From the NCBI GenBank assembly GCA_958407555.1, contig CATYJC010000001.1, forward strand, positions 1,188-65,187: DNA of 64,000 nucleotides, read 5' to 3'. Position 1 is the stretch's first letter. The number at the start of each line of letters is the position of its first letter. The notes beneath the pieces were generated by a model. It was not told the DNA's origin. It worked only from the letters and a program-made list of their open reading frames with translations, and did not search any database. Of the stretch, positions 58,524-64,000 are shown piece by piece. A program made the translations under genes and the position numbers. Source of the DNA: an uncultured Collinsella sp. Its GTDB lineage: Bacteria > Actinomycetota > Coriobacteriia > Coriobacteriales > Coriobacteriaceae.

Positions 58524-59972
58524 ATGGCAGAAAAATACGACGATCTGGCCAGATCCATACTCGAGAACGTAGGCGGCGCCGAGAACGTCGCCAGCGTCGC
58601 GCACTGCATCACGCGCGTGCGCTTCAAACTCAAGGACGAGTCCCGCGCCAACACGGCCAAGATCGAGGCCCTCAAGGGCGTCATCCAGGTCATCCAGGCC
58701 AACGGCCAGTACCAGGTGGTCGTGGGTAATATCGTCGAGGACGTCTACGACGCGGTCATGGAGGCCGGCAACTTCTCGAGCGGCGCAAGCGCCGACGACG
58801 AGCCCCAGGGCGATAAGACCGTTGCCTCCGTCGTCATCGACCTCATCTCTGGCATCTTCCAGCCCATCCTGGGACCGCTTGCCGCCGCAGGCATCATGAA
58901 GGGACTGCTTGCCCTCATCACCTACTTCGTCCCGGCCTTTGCAAACGACGGCCTCTACACGCTGCTCTACACCGTGGCTGACGGCTTCTTCTACTTCCTT
59001 CCCGTCGCCCTGGCGTTCAGTGCCGCGCGCAAGTTCCGCATGAACGAGTTCACCGGCGTGGCAATCGGCGTGGCGCTCCTCTACCCGACGATGGTCGCCC
59101 TGACTTCGGGCGAGGCGCTCGGCAGCATCGACCTCGGCGTGGCCGGCACGTTCTCGTGGTACGCCACCGCCCTCGGACTCCCCATCATCATGCCCGTGTC
59201 CGGCTACGTGAGCTCGGTGATCCCCGTCCTTCTCATGGTGTGGTTCGGCTCTATCCTTGAGCGCTGGCTCAAGAGCTGGATGCCGGCTGCGCTCAAGATG
59301 TTCCTCGTCCCGCTCGCCACGATGACGGTCTCCATCGTCTTGGGCTACCTCGTCATCGGCCCGGTGGCCACCCTCATCACCAACCTGCTGAGCGCGGCGT
59401 TCTCGTTCATCTTCCAGCTTCCCGTGGTTGGTTCCGTCCTGGGCAGCGCCCTGGTCGGCGGACTGTGGATGTGCCTCGTCATCTTTGGCTTCCACTGGAG
59501 CCTCATCCCCATCTCCATCATGAACCTGAACACCCTCGGCCACGACAGCGTGCTCGCCGCCACCATCGGCCACGGGTTCGCGCTCGGAGCGGTCATCTTT
59601 GCCATGTACCTCAGAAACAAGGACGAGCGCTTCCGCGGCATCGCCCTTCCCGCGATGATCTCCGCCTTCTTCTTCGGCGTCACCGAGCCGGGCATCTACG
59701 GCATCGCCCTCCCCAACAAGCGCGCATTCGTCGTGGCATGCCTGAGCTCCGCCGTTGGCGGCGCCATCGTGGGAATGACGGGCGCCCTCATGTACATCTC
59801 GGGCGGCCTCGGCGTCTTCAACCTGCTCAACTTCATCGACGGGACCCCTGGTGGCGCCGGGATCTCCCACATGATCTTCGCGATCATCGCCGCGCTCGTC
59901 TCTGCCGTTCTGGCCTTTGTTATCGAGTTCATCACCTACCGACCCAACGACGACGAGGAAGGCGCCCGCTAG
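58524..59972 (+). CDS. PTS beta-glucoside transporter EIIBC (no EIIA domain)
   Basis: VGG.ENV....HCITRVRF.LKD (EIIB Cys), YQVVVG, FYFLP, Y.SSVIP, FGFHW, FGVTEPGIYG; ends after the last TM. Confidence 0.9.
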   Translation: MAEKYDDLARSILENVGGAENVASVAHCITRVRFKLKDESRANTAKIEALKGVIQVIQANGQYQVVVGNIVEDVYDAVMEAGNFSSGASADDEPQGDKTVASVVIDLISGIFQPILGPLAAAGIMKGLLALITYFVPAFANDGLYTLLYTVADGFFYFLPVALAFSAARKFRMNEFTGVAIGVALLYPTMVALTSGEALGSIDLGVAGTFSWYATALGLPIIMPVSGYVSSVIPVLLMVWFGSILERWLKSWMPAALKMFLVPLATMTVSIVLGYLVIGPVATLITNLLSAAFSFIFQLPVVGSVLGSALVGGLWMCLVIFGFHWSLIPISIMNLNTLGHDSVLAATIGHGFALGAVIFAMYLRNKDERFRGIALPAMISAFFFGVTEPGIYGIALPNKRAFVVACLSSAVGGAIVGMTGALMYISGGLGVFNLLNFIDGTPGGAGISHMIFAIIAALVSAVLAFVIEFITYRPNDDEEGAR

Positions 59973-60108
59973 CTTGCGCCCTTTTCGACCAGCTCTATGT
60001 AATTGAGGAGCAGTTGAGGTGGGCGAGGGCCGAGGTCGGTCGAGGCGGCCGCCCCGTGTCCGGGATAACCTGCCCGAAGGCGTCTAGCTTTCTCAAACGG
60101 CGCTGAAA

Positions 60109-60523
60109 TGAACTTCGCCCCGATACTTGGACGGGTCAATTAGCGACCTATGTCGCACATGGGGACTGATTCCGGAACTCCTCCGGGGTCAGTCCCTTTT
60201 GCTTAACCCGCCTCCTCTTGTTCCAGTGGACGGTATAGGCTTCGAGGTCCCGCTTGAACTCCTCGAAGCTCCGCCACGTCCGGTTCCTGTAGAACTCGTC
60301 CTTCAGACGCCCGGGCAGCAGCTCCGTCGCATGAGCTTGCCCTCGCACGCCGCCGACCCCGGCCGGGTCCGGGCACCCTTCGGCCTCCCGCCGGCCTTCG
60401 GCGCGCCCGTACCCCCTGTCGCAAAGCTCTGCTGCAAGAGTCCTCAGCGTGGCGTCGTGCCTGACTCTCCCGTCCATAAAGAAGCCCCCATTTCTAATGT
60501 TCAAGAAATGAGGGGGCGGTTCA
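60109..60523 (-). mobile_element. Internally deleted IS3-family element (415-bp MITE-like derivative) with both terminal IRs
   Basis: Left end (minus) TGAACCGCCCCCTCATTTCTTGAACATTAGAAATGGGGG resembles IRL at 12438; the orfA start joins directly to the orfB end (LKDEFYRNRTWRSFEEFKRDLEAY.VHWN..R......GLTPEEFRNQ); right end GTCCAAG..GAAGTTCA. Confidence 0.85.
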
Positions 60524-60589
60524 ATTTCGGGACGGGGATTAAATAATCATTCGGAACAAATTTATTTTTATCCCCGTCCCAGAAAAATC
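60524..60589. repeat. Inverted pair of REP-like units (GGGACGGGG / CCCCGTCCC)
   Basis: GGGACGGGGAT..ATCCCCGTCCC; same core as 55467 GGGACGGGGTT. Confidence 0.6.
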
Positions 60590-60615
60590 ATCGGGCGTGG
60601 TCTTGGGCAAACAGT

Positions 60616-61929
60616 CTAGTTGCGCTTGAGGTGGACGACGGTTTCGCAGTGGAAGGTTTGCGGGAACAGATCGACCGGTGTGATCTTGACGGGGGAGAAG
60701 GTGCCCTCCTCGACAAAGCGCTTAAGGTCGCGTGCCAGGGTGGCAGGGTCGCAGCTCACGTAGGCGACATCACGGGCACTCGTGCTCGCGATGAGGTCGA
60801 TGGCCTCAGGCGCCAGGCCCGCGCGTGGCGGGTCGACCACCAAGACATCGGCGTCCTGGTCGGGGAACTCGCGCACGGCATCGCCGCCGATGACGTCGAC
60901 GTTGTCGAGCTTGTTGATCTCGAGGTTACGGCGCAGGTCGCGCACGGCCGGACCGTAGGCCTCGACGGCGGCAACAAAGTCGCAGCGGCGGGCGAGCGGC
61001 AGGGTAAAGGTGCCGGCGCCGCAGTACAGGTCCACGGCAAGCTCGTCTTCCTGCGGGTCGAGTGCTTCCATGACAAGCTCGATCAAAATCTCGGCACCCT
61101 TGGTGTTGACCTGGAAAAAAGACGGGGCAGACAAGCGCATCTGACCCTCGGCGATATTCTCGGTCCATGAGCCCTCTCCGGCGAGCATTTCGACCTTGGA
61201 GACACGGCGGGCCTTCTTTTCGCCCTTGCTCATCACGCGCACGATGCTCGTGGGGTGAGCGGCGTCCGCCAGCACGCGGGAGACCTGCGAGCGCGGAAAA
61301 GAGCCTGTGGGCGTCCAGAGTGCGACCTCGAGTGCCTTGGTGCGGCGTGATGCGCGAATGCCCACGCGTTCGAGCCCCAAGTCATGGCTGCCGCTTAGAT
61401 AGTTGAGTGCGCCGACGACCGATTTGAGCGCCTTCGGGAAGCGCTTATCGAACAGCGGGCACGTATCGACGGTCACGATTTTGCTGGGGTCGACACCGTG
61501 CATGCCAAGACGCACACGACCGTTGACGACGGTCGGTTCGAGCTCGATTTTATTGCGGTAGCCCCAGTCGTCCTTGGTGTGGCGGATAGGCTGGACAAGT
61601 TCGTTGACCTGCTCGGGGGCGAACTTGCCAATGCGCTCGAGCGTGGAGCGCAGGTTTTGCTCTTTGGCGGCAAGCTGGGCGGTGCGCGAGAGATTGCCCC
61701 ACGAACAACCGCCACAGATGCCCACGAAGGGGCAGGGAGGCTGAATGCGATCGGGGCTCGGCTCCAGAATCTCGGTCGTGCGGGCACGCATAAACGATTT
61801 GCCGTCCTGCACGATCTCGGCTTCGACGGTGTCGCCTGCCACAGCGCCCTGCACAAAGACGGCCTTGCCGTTGTCGGCATGTGCCAGACCGTCGGTGCCG
61901 TACGTCATCGATTCTATGGTGAGCTTCAT
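60616..61929 (-). CDS. rlmD: 23S rRNA m5U methyltransferase (RlmD/TrmA family)
   Basis: TRAM domain, CPFVGICGGC, YRNK, SFFQVN, DLYCGAGTF, VVDPPRAGL, YVSCDPATLARD, VDLFPQTFHCE. Confidence 0.93.
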   Translation of the reverse strand: MKLTIESMTYGTDGLAHADNGKAVFVQGAVAGDTVEAEIVQDGKSFMRARTTEILEPSPDRIQPPCPFVGICGGCSWGNLSRTAQLAAKEQNLRSTLERIGKFAPEQVNELVQPIRHTKDDWGYRNKIELEPTVVNGRVRLGMHGVDPSKIVTVDTCPLFDKRFPKALKSVVGALNYLSGSHDLGLERVGIRASRRTKALEVALWTPTGSFPRSQVSRVLADAAHPTSIVRVMSKGEKKARRVSKVEMLAGEGSWTENIAEGQMRLSAPSFFQVNTKGAEILIELVMEALDPQEDELAVDLYCGAGTFTLPLARRCDFVAAVEAYGPAVRDLRRNLEINKLDNVDVIGGDAVREFPDQDADVLVVDPPRAGLAPEAIDLIASTSARDVAYVSCDPATLARDLKRFVEEGTFSPVKITPVDLFPQTFHCETVVHLKRN

Positions 61930-61973
61930 ATTCCTGCCTGTCATTCGCGTTGCTGTTCGCACCATGGTAGCAG

Positions 61974-62020
61974 GGAAAAGCGCCCCGCATCCGAGGCTTT
62001 CCTCAAATGCGGGGCGCTTC
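61974..62020 (-). terminator. ppk1 terminator
   Basis: AAGCGCCCCGCAT..ATGCGGGGCGCTT with TTTT tail on the minus strand. Confidence 0.75.
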
Positions 62021-62042
62021 TACAAACTGCTTCTACAAACGA

Positions 62043-64000
62043 CTATTTCGTCTTGCCGGTAATGAGCGTCTTAAGACCCAGACCGATCAGGCCCAGACCC
62101 ATGCGCACGCGACCGGGGCGATGGCGCTCGATGGCATTGGCTTTGCCAGCGGGCTTCTTGTGACGCGCGTTGCTCTCGGGGGTTGTTGTGGGTGCCTGAG
62201 GTTGGGCTGCGGGAGCAGGTTCGGGCTCGATAACGGTCGCTCGGACCTTCTGGACCTCGGGAACGGCCGGCTGCGGCTCGGGCTTAGGCTGGGATGCGAG
62301 CGCGGGCTCTGCCTCGGTGGCGGCCTCGGGCGCTTTCTCCACGGCGGGCTCTGCGGCAGCCTCGGGCTCATTCACCGGGAGAGCGGCAACCGCTTCCGGT
62401 TTGGCAGCCGCCCCATGTTCAATCTCGTCCTGGATAACTTTTTCGGCCACACGTTCCTTCTCCTGTGCGCGCTGCTGCGCGGCGGCTTCGGCGTTGCGAT
62501 ACGCGCGCTCCAGCAGAGCTTCCTGCGAGTTGAAGGGCTTCTCGTCCTCTTTGCGCTCCACGGGAACCCAGGTGCCGTCACTCGTCAGGCTGCGTGCCTT
62601 CACGTTGTCGCGCAGCTGCATGCCCATGTACTCGTGCACCAGGGCGCGGCAGGTGGGGTCGAGCACGGGGAAGGCGATCTCCACGCGGTGCTCGGTGTTG
62701 CGCGTCATCATGTCTGCCGAGCTCAGGTAGATCATGTCCGAGTCCACGCCAAAGGCATAGACGCGCGCATGCTCCAAAAAGCGTCCGACGATGGAGCGCA
62801 CGTGCACGTTCTCGGTCTTGCCCGGAATACCGGGCTTGAGACACGAGATGCCGCGGATGATCATGTCCACGCGCACACCGGCACACGATGCCTCGGCGAT
62901 CTTGTCGATGACCTCGCGGTCGGTAAGCGAGTTGAGCTTAAAGAACACGCGGGCGGGCTCGCCGACGAGAGCGCGCTGAATCTCGCGGTCCAGACCGCGC
63001 ATGATGAGCGGCTTGAGGCCCACGGGCGCCACGCCCAGGAAGCGGTAGTCGCCGCGCAGGTTGCCCAGCGACAGGTTGCGGAAGAACAGGTTGGCGTCCT
63101 CGCCGATACCGGGATGGGCGGTCATGAGCATAAAGTCACTGTAGAGCTTGGCCGTCTTCTCGTTAAAGTTGCCGGTGCCCAAAAGTGTCAGACGGGTAAG
63201 CGCCATGCCCTCGCGATAGGTGAGCTGGCAGATCTTGGAGTGGCACTTAAAGCCCTCGGAGCCGTAGATGACGGTGCAGCCCGCCTCTTCCAGGCGTTCG
63301 GCCCATTCGATGTTGTTTTGCTCGTCAAAGCGGGCGCGGAGCTCCATGAGTACCGTGACCTCTTTGCCGTTTTCGGCAGCATCGATGAGCGACTCGCACA
63401 GGCGGCTTTGTTTGGCCACGCGGTAGAGCGTGATGCGCAGCGAGATGCACTCGGGGTCGTAGGCTGCTTCGTGCACCAGGTCCAAGAACGGGTTCATGGC
63501 CTCGTAAGGGTAAAAGAGCAGCTTGTCGTGCTGCAGCACCTGCTCGCGGATGGAACGGGACATGTCGATGGTGGGGTTGGGCTGCGGCTTAAACGGCGTA
63601 AAGAGCAGCTCGTTGCGTAGGTGCTCGGGAATCTTGCCCTCAATGCCAAAGACGTAGCCCAGGTCAAGGGGGATATCGCATGTAAAGACCGAGCGGCGAG
63701 AAAGCTCGAGCGCCTTCCGGATGGTCTTTAGCGTTGGCTTTTCGAGCGAGCCCGATACGGCGAGCACCACCGGCTGCAGGCGCAGGCGCTTCTTGAGGAT
63801 GCGCTTCATGTGCTGGCGGTAATCCTCTTCCTCCTCGACGCCCTCGCCGTCCGGGTCGATATCGGCATTGCGAGTGACGCGGATCAGCGCGCGATCCAGC
63901 GGCTTATAGGAGCCAAAGCAGCTATCCAGGCAGGCGAGGATGACGTCCTCGAGCAAGATGTAGGAGTAGGTGCCGGTGGGCGAGGGGATCTCGACAACGC
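62043..64000 (-). CDS. ppk1: Polyphosphate kinase 1, 5'-truncated by the window edge, with a long C-terminal extension
   Basis: RVTRNADI, LL.YPYE, TLYRVA, AAENGK.VTV..ELRARFDE.NNI.WA..LE.AG, KCHSK, GTGNFN..TA.LY.D, K.NSL.D, SIVGRFLEH.R, SSADMMTRN...RVE. Confidence 0.95.
   Translation of the reverse strand, partial: VVEIPSPTGTYSYILLEDVILACLDSCFGSYKPLDRALIRVTRNADIDPDGEGVEEEEDYRQHMKRILKKRLRLQPVVLAVSGSLEKPTLKTIRKALELSRRSVFTCDIPLDLGYVFGIEGKIPEHLRNELLFTPFKPQPNPTIDMSRSIREQVLQHDKLLFYPYEAMNPFLDLVHEAAYDPECISLRITLYRVAKQSRLCESLIDAAENGKEVTVLMELRARFDEQNNIEWAERLEEAGCTVIYGSEGFKCHSKICQLTYREGMALTRLTLLGTGNFNEKTAKLYSDFMLMTAHPGIGEDANLFFRNLSLGNLRGDYRFLGVAPVGLKPLIMRGLDREIQRALVGEPARVFFKLNSLTDREVIDKIAEASCAGVRVDMIIRGISCLKPGIPGKTENVHVRSIVGRFLEHARVYAFGVDSDMIYLSSADMMTRNTEHRVEIAFPVLDPTCRALVHEYMGMQLRDNVKARSLTSDGTWVPVERKEDEKPFNSQEALLERAYRNAEAAAQQRAQEKERVAEKVIQDEIEHGAAAKPEAVAALPVNEPEAAAEPAVEKAPEAATEAEPALASQPKPEPQPAVPEVQKVRATVIEPEPAPAAQPQAPTTTPESNARHKKPAGKANAIERHRPGRVRMGLGLIGLGLKTLITGKTK

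Noticed and set aside
62018..62040. Short direct repeat CTTCTACAAAC x2
   Set aside because: Two 11-bp copies beside a terminator; no further support for function

Overview
High-GC bacterial chromosome segment. Gene content and style fit a gut Coriobacteriaceae member, most likely Collinsella (inferred, not checked against a database). Most of it is housekeeping: ettA, nadE, ldh, a dap/lys cluster under a lysine riboswitch, D-Asp ligase plus racemase, rnd, xseAB, hit, two tandem ackA plus pta, glf, maf, rlmD and ppk1. Accessory parts: a RelBE-type TA pair whose terminator is split by an IS3-family element; a five-gene catabolic operon (enoate-reductase-like flavoenzyme, two-subunit aconitase X, M20 amidohydrolase, MFS); an FxLYD/HTH/Ser-Thr kinase trio; a LysR-MFS islet; and an EamA/6-phospho-beta-glucosidase/PTS island ending in a miniature IS3 derivative. 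Main signals: (i) the aconitase X/enoate reductase operon, a candidate uncharacterised import-deconjugate-dehydrate-reduce pathway; (ii) an unannotated WWW leader peptide with terminator/antiterminator upstream of a TrpP-like ECF transporter; (iii) an in-frame LysA-DapA fusion that keeps an internal RBS; (iv) a candidate orphan riboswitch/attenuator before EamA; (v) two families of intergenic structured repeats with conserved loops and variable paired stems. No rRNA, tRNA or CRISPR array was seen.
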